Assembly (NCBI GenBank): GCA_964247055.1 | Contig: OZ176051.1 | Span: 7,130,001 to 7,194,000 of the forward strand | Source: Paragordius varius | Lineage: Eukaryota; Animalia; Nematomorpha | Direction of reading: 5' to 3' | Length of the DNA stretch: 64,000 bases | In this document: piece after piece, positions 1-14,500 of the stretch | Layout of the letters: the number at the start of each line of letters is the position of its first letter | Numbering within the stretch: position 1 is the stretch's first letter | Made by a program: the position numbers and the translations under genes | The notes under the pieces: model-generated | Seen by the model: the letters and a program-made list of their open reading frames with translations, nothing else | Databases searched by the model: none | Told to the model about the DNA's origin: nothing

Positions 1-3000
1 ATACCTAAATATTAACTTACTTGTCCAAGAATCTAAAAATTATATTAAAATATACTTTTAATTTGGAATATCGAACAATATTCCATCATCCACCCGTAAT
101 ACCTAAATATTAACTTACTTGTCCAAGAATCTAAAAATTATATTAAAATATACTTTTAATTAGGAATATCGAACAATATTCCATCATCAACCAGTAATAC
201 CTAAAATATTAACTTAATTGTCCAAAAATCTAAAATTATTTTATAATGTACATTTATTTAGGAATATCGAACAATATTCCATCATCAATCCGTAATACCT
301 AAAATATTAACTTACTTGTGTAAGAATCTAAAATTTATATTAAAATATACTTTTAATTAGGAATATCGAGCAATATTCCATCATCCACCCGTAATACGTA
401 AAATATTAACTTACTTCTCGAAGAATCTAAAATTATTTTATAATATACATTTATTTAGGAATATCGAACAATATTCCATCATCAACCCGTAATACCTAAA
501 ATATAAACTTACTTGTCCAAGAATCTAACAGTTATATTATAAAATACTTTTAATTCGTAATATCGAACAATATTCCATCATCCACCCGTAATACCTAAAT
601 ATTAACTTACTTGTCCAAGAATCTAAAAATTATATTAAAATATACTTATAATTCGGAATATCGAACAATATTCCATCATCCACCCGTAATACCTAAAATA
701 TTAACTTACTTCTCGAAGAATCTAAAATTATTTTATAATATACATTTATTTAGGAATATCGAACAATATTCCATCATCAACCCGTAATACCTAAAATATA
801 AACTTACTTGTCCAAGAATCTAACAGTTATATTATAAAATACTTTTAATTCGTAATATCGAACAATATTCCATCATCCACCCGTAATACCTAAAATATTA
901 ACTTACTTGTCCAAGAATCTAAAAATTATATTAAAATATACTTTTAATTAGGAATATCGAACAATATTCCATCATCAACCAGTAATACCTAAAATATTAA
1001 CTTAATTGTCCAAAAATCTAAAATTATTTTATAATATACATTTATTTAGGAATATCGAACAATATTCCATCATCCACCCGTAATACCTAAATATTAACTT
1101 ACTTGTCCAAGAATCTAAAAATTATATTAAAATATACTTATAATTCGGAATATTGAACAATATTCCATCATCCACCCGTAATACCTAAATTTTAATTTAC
1201 TTGTCCAAGAATCTAAAAATTATATTAAAATATACTTTTAATTAGGAATATCGAACAATATTCCATCATCCACCCGTAATACCTAAATATTAACTTACTT
1301 GTCCAAGAATCTAAAAATTATATTAAAATATACTTTTAATTAGGAATATCGAACAATATTCCATCATCAACCAGTAATACCTAAAATATTAACTTAATTG
1401 TCCAAAAATCTAAAATTATTTTATAATATACATTTATTTAGGAATATCGAACAATATTCCATCATCCACCCGTAATACCTAAAATATAACTTACTTCTCG
1501 AAATCTAAAATTATTTTATAATATACATTTATTTAGGAATATCGAACAATATTCCATCATCAACCAGTAATACCTAAAATATTAACTTACTTGTCCAAGA
1601 ATCTAAAAATTATATTAAAATATACTTTTAATTTGGAATATCGAACAATATTCCATCATCCACCCGTAATACCTAAATATTAACCTACTTGACAAGAATC
1701 TAAAAATTATATTAAAATATACTTTTAATTCGGGATATCGAAAAATATTCCATCATCCACCCGTAATACCTAAATATTAACTTACTTGTCCAAGAATCTA
1801 AAAATTATATTAAAATATACTTTTTATTCGGAATATCGAACAAAATTCCATCATCAACCCGTAATACCTAAAATATAAACTTACTTGTCCAAGAATCTTA
1901 AAGTTATATTATAAAATACTTTTAATTCGGAATATCGAACAAAATTCCATCATCAACCCGTAATACCTAAAATATTAACTTACTTGTCCAATAATCTAAA
2001 AATTATATTAAAATATACTTTTAATTCGGAATATCGAACAAAATTCCATCATCAACCCGTAATACCTAAAATATAAACTTACTTGTCCAAGAATCTAACA
2101 GTTATATAAAATACTTTTAATTCGGAATATCGAACAATATTCCATCATCCACCCGTAATACCTAAAATATTAACTTAATTGTCCAAGAATCTAAAATTTA
2201 TTTTATAATATACTTTTAATTTGGAATATCGAACAATATTCCATCATCCACCCGTAATACCTAAATATTAACTTACTTGTCCAAGAATCTAAAAATTATA
2301 TTAAAATATACTTTTAATTAGGAATATCGAACAATATTCCATCATCAACCAGTAATACCTAAAATATTAACTTAATTGTCCAAAAATCTAAAATTATTTT
2401 ATAATGTACATTTATTTTGGAATATCGAACAATATTCCATCATCAATCCGTAATACCTAAAATATTAACTTACTTGTGTAAGAATCTAAAATTTATATTA
2501 AAATATACTTTTAATTAGGAATATCGAGCAATATTCCATCATCCACCCGTAATACGTAAAATATTAACTTACTTGTCCAAGAATCTAACAGTTATATTAT
2601 AAAATACTTTTAATTCGTAATATCGAACAATATTCCATCATCCACCCGTAATACCTAAAATATTAACTTACTTGTCCAAGAATCTAAAAATTATATTAAA
2701 ATATACTTTTAATTAGGAATATCGAACAATATTCCATCATCAACCAGTAATACCTAAAATATTAACTTAATTGTCCAAAAATCTAAAATTATTTTATAAT
2801 ATACATTTATTTAGGAATATCGAACAATATTCCATCATCCACCCGTAATACCTAAATATTAACTTACTTGTCCAAGAATCTAAAAATTATATTAAAATAT
2901 ACTTATAATTCGGAATATTGAACAATATTCCATCATCCACCCGTAATACCTAAATTTTAATTTACTTGTCCAAGAATCTAAAAATTATATTAAAATATAC

Positions 3001-6000
3001 TTTTAATTAGGAATATCGAACAATATTCCATCATCCACCCGTAATACCTAAATATTAACTTACTTGTCCAAGAATCTAAAAATTATATTAAAATATACTT
3101 TTAATTAGGAATATCGAACAATATTCCATCATCAACCAGTAATACCTAAAATATTAACTTAATTGTCCAAAAATCTAAAATTATTTTATAATATACATTT
3201 ATTTAGGAATATCGAACAATATTCCATCATCCACCCGTAATACCTAAAATATAACTTACTTCTCGAAATCTAAAATTATTTTATAATATACATTTATTTA
3301 GGAATATCGAACAATATTCCATCATCAACCAGTAATACCTAAAATATTAACTTACTTGTCCAAGAATCTAAAAATTATATTAAAATATACTTTAAATTTG
3401 TAATATCGAACAATATTCCATCATCCACCCGTAATACCTAAATATTAACCTACTTGTCCAAGAATCTAAAAATTATATTAAAATATACTTTTAATTCGGA
3501 ATATCGAACAAAATTCCATCATCAACCCGTAATACCTAAAATATAAACTTACTTGTCCAAGAATCTTAAAGTTATATTATAAAATACTTTTAATTCGGAA
3601 TATCGAACAAAATTCCATCATCAACCCGTAATACCTAAAATATTAACTTACTTGTCCAATAATCTAAAAATTATATTAAAATATACTTTTAATTCGGAAT
3701 ATCGAACAAAATTCCATCATCAACCCGTAATACCTAAAATATAAACTTACTTGTCCAAGAATCTAACAGTTATATAAAATACTTTTAATTCGGAATATCG
3801 AACAATATTCCATCATCCACCCGTAATACCTAAAATATTAACTTAATTGCCCAAGAATCTAAAATTTATTTTATAATATACTTTTAATTTGGAATATCGA
3901 ACAATATTCCATCATCCACCCGTAATACCTAAATATTAACTTAATTGTCCAAAAATCAAAAATTATATTAAAATATACTTTTAATTAGGAATATCGAACA
4001 ATATTCCATCATCCACCCGTAATACCTAAATATTAACTTACTTGTCCAAGAATCTAAAAATTATATAAAAATATACTTTTAATTAGGAATATCGAACAAT
4101 ATTCCATCATCCACCCGTAATACCTAAATATAAACTTACTTCTCGAAATCTAAAATTATTTTATAATATACATTTATTTAGGAATATCGAACAATATTCC
4201 ATCATCCACCCGTAATACCTAAATATTAACTTACTTGTCCAAGAATCTAAAAATTATATTAAAATATACTTATAATTCGGAATATTGAACAATATTCCAT
4301 CATCCACCCGTAATACCTAAATATTAATTTATTTGTCAAAGAATCTAAAAATTATATTAAAATATACTTTTAATTTGGAATATCGAACAATATTCCATCA
4401 TCCACCCGTAATACCTAAATATTAACTTACTTGTCCAAGAATCTAAAAATTATATAAAAATATACTTTTAATTAGGAATATCGAACAATATTCCATCATC
4501 CACCCGTAATACCTAAATATAAACTTACTTCTCGAAATCTAAAATTATTTTATAATATACATTTATTTAGGAATATCGAACAATATTCCATCATCCACCC
4601 GTAATACCTAAATATTAACTTACTTGTCCAAGAATCTAAAAATTATATTAAAATATACTTTTAATTAGGAATATCGAACAATATTCCATCATCCACCCGT
4701 AATACCTAAAATATAACTTACTTCTCGAAATCTAAAATTATTTTATAATATACATTTATTTAGGAATATCGAACAATATTCCATCATCAACCAGTAATAC
4801 CTAAAATATTAACTTACTTGTCCAAGAATCTAAAAATTATATTAAAATATACTTTTAATTTGGAATATCGAACAATATTCCATCATCCACCCGTAATACC
4901 TAAATATTAACCTACTTGACAAGAATCTAAAAATTATATTAAAATATACTTTTAATTCGGAATATCGAAAAATATTCCATCATCCACCCGTAATACCTAA
5001 ATATTAACTTACTTGTCCAAGAATCTAAAAATTATATTAAAATATACTTATAATTCGTTGTCCAAGAATCTAAAAATTATATTAAAATATACTTATAATT
5101 AGGAATATCGAACAATATTCCATCATCCACCCGTAATACCTAAATATTAACTTACTTGTCCAAGAATCTAAAAATTATAATAAAATATACTTTTAATTAG
5201 GAATATCGAACAATATTCCATCATCCACCCGTAATACCTAAATATTAACTTACTTGTCCAAGAATCTAAAAATTATATTAAAATATACATTTATTTAGGA
5301 ATATCGAACAATATTCCATCATCCACCCGTAATACCTAAATATTAACTTACTTGTCCAAGAATCTAAAAATTATATTAAAATATACTTTTAATTAGGAAT
5401 ATCGAACAATATTCCATCATCAACCAGTAATACCTAAAATATTAACTTAATTGTCCAAAAATCTAAAATTATTTTATAATATACATTTATTTAGGAACAT
5501 CGAACAATATTCCATCATCCACCCGTAATACCTAAAATATTAACTTACTTCTCGAAATCTAAAATTATTTTATAATATACATTTATTTAGGAATATCGAA
5601 CAATATTCCATCATCAACCAGTAATACCTAAAATATTAACTTAATTGTCCAGAAATCTAAAATTATTTTATAATATACATTTATTTAGGAATATCGAACA
5701 ATATTCCATCATCCACCCGTAATACCTAAAATATTAACTTACTTCTCGAAATCTAAAATTATTTTATAATATACATTTATTTAGGAATATCGAGCAATAT
5801 TCCATCATCCACCCGTAATACCTAAATATTAACTTACTTGTCCAAGAATCTAAAAATTATATTAAAATATACATTTATTTAGGAATATCGAACAATATTC
5901 CATCATCCACCCGTAATACCTAAATATTAACTTACTTGTCCAAGAATCTAAAAATTATATTAAAATATACTTTTAATTTGGAATATCGAACAATATTCCA

Positions 6001-9000
6001 TCATCCACCCGTAATACCTAAATATTAACTTAATTGTCCAAAAATCAAAAATTATATTAAAATATACTTTTAATTAGGAATATCGAACAATATTCCATCA
6101 TCCACCCGTAATACCTAAATATTAACTTACTTGTCCAAGAATCTAAAAATTATATAAAAATATACTTTTAATTAGGAATATCGAACAATATTCCATCATC
6201 CACCCGTATTACCTAAAATATTAACTTATTTGTCCAAGAATCTAAAAATTATATTAAAATATACTTTTTATTAGGAATATCGAACAATATTCCATCATCC
6301 ACCCTAATACCTAAATATTAACTTACTTGTCCAAGAATCTAAAAATTATATTAAAATATACTTATAATTCGGAATATCTAACAATATTCCATCATCCACC
6401 CGTAATACCTAAATATTAACTTACTAATCGAAATCTAAAATTATTTTATAATATACATTTATTTAGGAATATCGAACAATATTCCATCATCAACCAGTAA
6501 TACCTAAAATATTAACTTACTTGTCCAAGAATCTAAAAATTATATTAAAATATACTTATAATTCGGAATATCGAACAATATTCCATCATCCAATCGTGAA
6601 ACCTAAATATTAACTTACTTGTATTATATTAAAATATACTTATAATTCGGAATATCGCACAATATTCCATCATCAACCAGTAATACCTAAAATATTAACT
6701 TACTTGTCCAAGAATCTAAAAATTATATTAAAATATACTTTTAATTAGGAATATCGAACAATATTCCATCATCCACCCGTAATTCCCTAAATATTAACTT
6801 ACTTGTCCAAGAATCTAAAAATTATATTAAAATATACTTTTAATTAGGAATATCGAACAATATTCCATCATCAACCAGTAATACCTAAAATATTAACTTA
6901 ATTGTCCAAAAATCTAAAATTATTTTATAATATACATTTATTTAGGAATATCGAACAATATTCCATCATCCACCCGTAATACCTAAAATATTAGCTTACT
7001 TCTCGAAATCTAAAATTATTTTATAATATACATTTATTTAGGAATATCGAACAATATTCCATCATCAACCAGTAATACCTAAAATATTAACTTACTTGTC
7101 CAAGAATCTAAAAATTATATTAATATATACTTTTAATTTGGAATATCGAACAATATTCCATCATCAACCAGTAATACCTAAATATTAACTTACTTGTCCA
7201 AGAATCTAAAAATTATATTAAAATATACTTATAATTCTAATATCGAACAATATTCCATCATCCACCCGTAATACCTAAATATTAACTTACCTGTCCAAGA
7301 ATCTAAAAATTATATTAAAATATACTTATAATTCGGAATATCGAACAATATTCCATCATCCACCCGTAATACCTAAATAGTAACTTTGTACAAGAATCTA
7401 AAAATAATATTAAAATATACTTTTAATTTGGAATATCGAACAATATTCCATCATCCACTCGTATTACCTAAATATTAACTTACTTGTCCAAGAATCTAAA
7501 AATTATATTAAAATATACTTATAATTCGGAATATCGAACAATATTCCATCATCAACCAGTAATACCTAAAATATTAACTTACTTGTCCAAGAATCTAAAA
7601 ATTATATTAATATATACTTTTAATTTGGAATATCGAACAATATTCCATCATCAACCAGTAATACCTAAATATTAACTTACTTGTCCAAGAATCTATAAAT
7701 TATATTAAAATATACTTATAATTCTAATATCGAACAATATTCCATCATCCACCCGTAATACCTAAATATTAACTTACCTGTCCAAGAATCTAAAAATTAT
7801 ATTAAAATATACTTATAATTCGGAATATCGAACAATATTCCATCATCCACCCGTAAAACCTAAATATTAACTTACTTGTCCAAGAATCTAAAAATTATAT
7901 TTAAATATACTTTTAATTAGGAATATCGAACAATATTCCATCATCCACTCGTAATACCTAAATATTAACTTACTTGTCCAAGAATCTAAAAATTATATTA
8001 AAATATACTTTTAATTAGGAATATCGAACAATATTCCATCATCCACCCGTAATACCTAAAATATTAACTTACTTGTCCAAGAATCAAAAATTATATTAAA
8101 ATATACTTTTAATTTGGAATATCGAACAATATTCCATCATCCACATATAATACCTAAAATATTAACTTACCTGTCCAAGAATCTAAAATTATATTAAAAT
8201 TAACTTTTAATTAGGAATATCGAACAATATTCCATCATCCACCCGTAATACCTAAATATTAACTTACTTGTCCAAGAATCTAAAAATTATATTAAAATAT
8301 ACTTTTAATTAGGAATATAGAACAATATTCCATCATCAACCAGTAATACCTAAAAGATTAACTTACTTGTCGAAGAATCTAAAATTATATTAAAATATAC
8401 TTTTAATTCGGAATATCGAACAATATTCCATCATCCACCCGTAATTAAATATTAACTTACTTGTCCAAAAAGAATCTAAAAATTATACTAAAATATACTT
8501 TTTATTAGGAATATCGAACAATATTCCATCATCCACCCGTAATACCTAAATATTAACCTACTTGTCCAAGAATCTAAAAATTATATTAAAATATACTTTA
8601 AATTCGGAATATCGAACAATATTCCATCATCCACCCGTAATACCTAAAATATTAACTTACCTGTCCAAGAATCTAAAAGTTATATTAAATATATACTTTT
8701 AATTCGGAATATCGAACAATATTCCATCATCCACCCGTAATTAAATATTAACTTACTTGTCCAAAAAGAATCTAAAAATTATACTAAAATATACTTTTTA
8801 TTAGGAATATCGAACAATATTCCATCATCCACCCGTAATACCTAAATATTAACCTACTTGTCCAAGAATCTAAAAATTAAATTAAAATATATTTTAAATT
8901 CGGAATATCGAACAATATTCCATCATCCACCCGTAATACCTAAAATATTAACTTACCTGTCCAAGAATCTAAAAATTATATTAAAATTAACTTTTAATTA

Positions 9001-12000
9001 GGAATATTGAACAATATTCCATCATCCACCGGTAATACCTAAAATATTTACTTACTTGTCCAAGAATCTAAAATTATATTAAAATTTACTTTTAATTAGG
9101 AATATCGAACAATATTCCATCATCCACCCGTAATACCTAAATATTAACTTACTTGTCCAAGAAGAATCTAAAATTATATTAAAATATACTTTTAATTAGG
9201 AATATCGAACAATATTCCATCATCCACCCGTAATACCTAAATATTAACTTACTTGTCCAAGAATCTAAAAATTATATTAAAATTTACTTTTAATTATGAA
9301 TATCGAACAATATTCCATGATCCACCCGTAATACCTAAATATTAACTTACCTGTCCAAGAATCTAAAAATTATATTAAATATAACTTTTAATTAGGAATA
9401 TTGAACAATATTCCATCATCCACCGGTAATACCTAAAATATTTACTTACCTGTTAAAGAATCTAAAATTATATTAAAATTAACTTTTAATTCGGAATCTC
9501 GAAGAATATTCCATTCTCCACCCGTAATACCTAAATATTAACTTACTTGTCCAAGAAGAATCTAAAAATTATGCTAAAATATACTTTTTATTAGGAATAT
9601 CGAACAATATTCCATCATCCACCCGTAATACCTATATTAACTTACTTGTCCAAGAATCTAAAAGTTATATTAAAATATACTTTTAATTCGGAATATCGAA
9701 CAATATTCCATCATCCACCCGTAATACCTAAAATATTAACTTACCTGTCCAAGAATCTAAAAATTATATTAAATATAACTTTTAATTAGGAATATTGAAC
9801 AATATTCCATCATCCACCGGTAATACCTAAAATATTTACTTACCTGTCCAAGAATCTAAAATTATATTAAAATTAACTTTTAATTCGGAATATCGAAGAA
9901 TATTCCATTCTCCACCCGTAATACCTAAATATTAACTTACTTGTCCAAGAAGAATCTAAAAATTATGCTAAAATATACTTTTTATTAGGAATATCGAACA
10001 ATATTCCATCATCCACCCGTAATACCTATATTAACTTACTTGTCCAAGAATCTAAAAGTTATATTAAAATATACTTTTAATTCGGAATATCGAACAATAT
10101 TCCATCATCCACCCGTAATTAAATATTAACTTACTTGTCCAAAAAGAATCTAAAAATTATACTAAAATATACTTTTTATTAGGAATATCGAACAATATTC
10201 CATCATCCACCCGTAATACCTAAATATTAACCTACTTGTCCAAGAATCTAAAAATTATATTAAAATATACTTTAAATTCGGAATATCGAACAATATTCCA
10301 TCATCCACCCGTAATACCTAAAATATTAACTTACCTGTCCAAGAATCTAAAAATTATATTAAATATAACTTTTAATTAGGAATATTGAACAATATTCCAT
10401 CATCCACCGGTAATACCTAAAATATTTACTTACTTGTCCAAGAATCTAAAATTATATTAAAATTTACTTTTAATTAGGAATATCGAACAATATTCCATCA
10501 TCCACCCGTAATACCTAAATATTAACTTACTTGTCCAAGAAGAATCTAAAAATTATACTAAAATATACTTTTTATTAGGAATATCGAACAATATTCCATC
10601 ATCCACCCGTAATACCTAAATATTAACTTACTTGTCCAAGAATCTAAAATTATATTAAATTTTACTTTTAATTCGGAATATCGAACAATATTCCATCATC
10701 CACCCGTAATACCTAAATATTAACTTACTTGTCCAAGAAGAATCTAAAAATTATACTAAAATATACTGTTTCTTAGGAATATCGAACAATATTCCATAAT
10801 CCACCCGTAATACCTAAAATATTTACTTACTTGTCCAAGAATCTAAAATTATATTAAAATATACTTTTAATTAGGAATATCGAACAATATTCCATCATCC
10901 ACCCGTAATACCTAAAATATTAACTTTCTTGTCCAAGAATCTAAAAATTATATTAAAATATACTTTTAATTAGGAATACCGAACAATATTCCATCCTCCA
11001 CCCGTAATACCTAAAATATTAACTTACTTGTCCAAGAATCTAATACTTGTATTAAAATATACTTCTAATTAGGAATATCGAACAATATTCCATCATCCAC
11101 CCGTAATACCTAAAATATTAACTTACTTGTCCAAGAATCTAAAAATTATATTAAAATATACTTTTAATTAGGAATATCGAACAATATTCCATCATCCACC
11201 CGTAATACCTAAAAAATTAACTTACTTGTCCAAGAATCTAAAATTATATTAAAATATACTTTTAATTAGGAATATCGAACAATATTCCATCATCCACCCG
11301 TAATACCTAAAATATTAACTTACTTGTCCAAGAATCTAAAATTATATTAAAATATACTTTTAATTAGGAATATCGAACAATATTCCATCATCCACCCGTA
11401 ATACCTAAAATATTAACTTACTTGTCCAAGAATCTAAAAATTATATTAAAATATACTTTTAATTAGGAATATCGAACAATATTCCATCCTCCACCCGTAA
11501 TACCTAAAAAATTAACTTACTTGTCCAATAATCTAAAATTATATTAAAATATACTTTTAATTAGGAATATCGAACAATATTCCATCATCCACCCGTAATA
11601 CCTAAAATATTAACTTACTTGTCCAAGAATCTAAAATTATATTAAAATATACTTTTAATTAGGAATATCGAACAATATTCCATCACCCACCCGTAATACC
11701 TAAAAAATTAACTTACTTGTCCAAGAATCTAATACTTGTATTAAAATATACTTCTAATTAGGAATATCGAACAATATTCCATCATCCACCCGTAATACCT
11801 AAAATATTAACTTACTTGTCCAAGAATCTAAAAATTATATTAAAATATACTTTTAATTAGGAATATCGAACAATATTCCATCATCCACCCGTAATACCTA
11901 AAATATTAACTTACTTGTCCAAGAATCTAAAAATTATATTAAAATATACTTATAATTCGTTGTCCAAGAATCTAAAAATTATATTAAAATATACTTTTAA

Positions 12001-13050
12001 TTAGGAATATCGAACAATATTCCATCATCCACCCGTAATACCTAAATATTAACTTACTTGTCCAAGAATCTAAAAATTATATTAAAATATACTTATAATT
12101 CGGAATATCGAACAATATTCCATCATACACCCCTAATACCTAAATATTAACTTACTTGTCCAAGAATCTAAAAATTATATTAAAATATACTTTTAATTAG
12201 GAATATCGAACAATATTCCATCATCCACCCGTAATACCTAAATATTAACTTACTTGTCCAAGAATCTAAAAATTATATTAAAATATACTTATAATTCGGA
12301 ATATCGAACAATATTCCATCATCGACCCGAATACCTAAATATTAACTTACTTCTCCAAGAATCTAAAAATTATATTAAAATATACTTATAATTCGAAATA
12401 TCGAACAATATTCCATCATCCACCCGTAATACCTAAATATTAACTTACTTGTCCAAGAATCTAAAAATTATATTAATATATACTTATAATTCGGAATATC
12501 GAACAATATTCCATCATACACCCCTAATACCTAAATATTAACTTACTTGTCCAAGAATCTAAAAATTATATTAAAATATACTTTTAATTAGGAATATCGA
12601 ACAATATTCCATCATCCACCCGTAATACCTAAATATTAACTTACTTGTCCAAGAATCTAAAAATTATATTAAAATATACTTATAATTCGGAATATCGAAC
12701 AATATTCCATCATCCACCCGTAATACCTAAATATTAACTTACTTGTCCAAGAATCTAAAAATTATATTAAAATATACTTTTAATTATGAATATCGAACAA
12801 TATTCCATCATCCACCCGTAAAACCTAAATATTAACTTACTTGTCCAAGAATCTAAAAATTATATTAAAATATACTTTTAATTAGGAATATCGCACAATA
12901 TTCCATCATCAACCAGTAACACCTAAAATATTAAACTTACTTGTCTCAGAATCTATATATTATATTATAATATACTTTAAATATTAAATACAGAATAATA
13001 ATCCGATCCACCATTTACCATCTAAAATATTATCTTACTTGTCCAAGAAA
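1..13050. repeat. Tandem satellite array, ~98-bp monomer (97-100), ~133 copies; runs off the left edge of the window
   Basis: Monomer ATACCTAAATATTAACTTACTTGTCCAAGAATCTAAAAATTATATTAAAATATACTTTTAATTAGGAATATCGAACAATATTCCATCATCCACCCGTA starts at 1 and again at 99. It continues head-to-tail and degenerates at ~12930-13050. Confidence 0.99.
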
Positions 13051-13314
13051 TAAATTATTAAGATATATTATTTTCTATTTATTTTTAGCCCCTTGAATCA
13101 ATCTGTTAACCATCATCAAGTTCAAAACGCGTAAATTTAATAAGCTATATTTTACTTTTTATACATTCCTTATATTTTTTTCCTGTCATCACACATTCTA
13201 ACCCTATTTTCATATTAGGTAACCACCAATCTTATTTATACCTTTATAAATTTAACGTTTCTCATATAGGTATTTAACATTATTCTTTGATAAGATCCTA
13301 TTACATCTGTTATC

Positions 13315-14500
13315 ATCCGAAACCAGTATATGCATTACTAAAAGGTCATAAAAAAACCGTTTAGAAATATTTTCCATATTTAACTCATCTATAACCTACT
13401 GAGCGGAGACCTTTTTACTAAAGCAATATTTCAGAACCAAGTTCCAACTACTGATTTTTATTTTTTAAAACCATGAAAATATATTAATTTAACATATTAA
13501 CATAAAGAGTTAACCCTTGCATTTAATTTATAATTATCGAATGTCCGAAAGTGCTATTTAACAACCTTGATTGTAAGCCCAGAATAACTTTATCATAAAT
13601 AAAAAACTTAAAATTCGCTAGTACACTTTACAGTCGTGTGTACATATATTAATCTATATAATTTAACATAGAAATTCTAAAATGGTTTTATTCTTTAATA
13701 TACGCTCAATATTTACCTTCAAGGTATTCACAGTCCATCCTTTTTCAATGGAGATTTACGAATTATCATATTCTGAAACAGATTTAAGTAAGTTGATGTG
13801 ATTTATAAAACATAAAATGATTGTTATTACTTTTCTTATTCTAAATGCAATATTAAAGTGATTGTTATAAATGTACCATTAATAAATGAATATTTATATA
13901 TAATTAAATCTTAAATAAGACTTATCTTTAAAACTTTCAGTAGATCTGTAATTAAAGCGCCTTTGCAAATTTAATAGATTAAGAAATTAGGAATATAGCT
14001 TATAAACAATTTTTATTTTTGAATTACTAGCCATGTCCTTCCAGCCTATCCTTCCATAAAAAAATTTAAGGTTTAGATAGTTTTCTATGTGTTATTTGCA
14101 ATATCCAACATTGATTGCAAATAATTTGAAAGCGAAATATGAAATATACTGTATTTCCAAATACATTGAATGTTGAAGCCAATCAATCATATTAAATAAA
14201 AATAATTGAATGCCTAAAAGCGTGATTTTAGAATAGAGATTAAAATTAATAAGAAATTCTTACTACATAAAGATACAAATTGATTTTGGTATGTTAATAA
14301 ATGATAAGTCTGGCCAAAATCTTAGTTTGGACCAATATTTAAAATTACTTTTAACAAACATATCATCAAAATTAAAAGAACCAAAAAATTTCAAATTCAA
14401 ACCGTTTTTGGTATTACTACTCTGAGTGTAAAGGAGGACGTTTTCGAAAAAAGTCTTTAAATGGAGAAATCAAATCAATTTTACAACTGGTTCTGATTTC
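13315..14500 (+). mobile_element. Highly decayed Penelope-like reverse transcriptase remnant
   Basis: Frameshifted fragments lie in the expected order: PVYALLKGHKK+PFRNIF (~13325-13375; cf. PxLYGLPKxHK..PLRPIV), FNIRSIFT (~13694; cf. FDVxSLFT), VEANQSLN (~14170) and LNGEIKSIL (~14457). Many stops. Confidence 0.5.

Noticed and set aside
7484-7675. 63-aa ORF in the satellite
   Set aside because: A chance stop-free run across two monomers with a non-ATG start.
1-13050. CRISPR array or hammerhead-ribozyme satellite
   Set aside because: There are no unique spacers, the whole monomer is repeated, there are no cas genes and the context is eukaryotic. Neither strand has the CUGANGA/GAAA hammerhead core.
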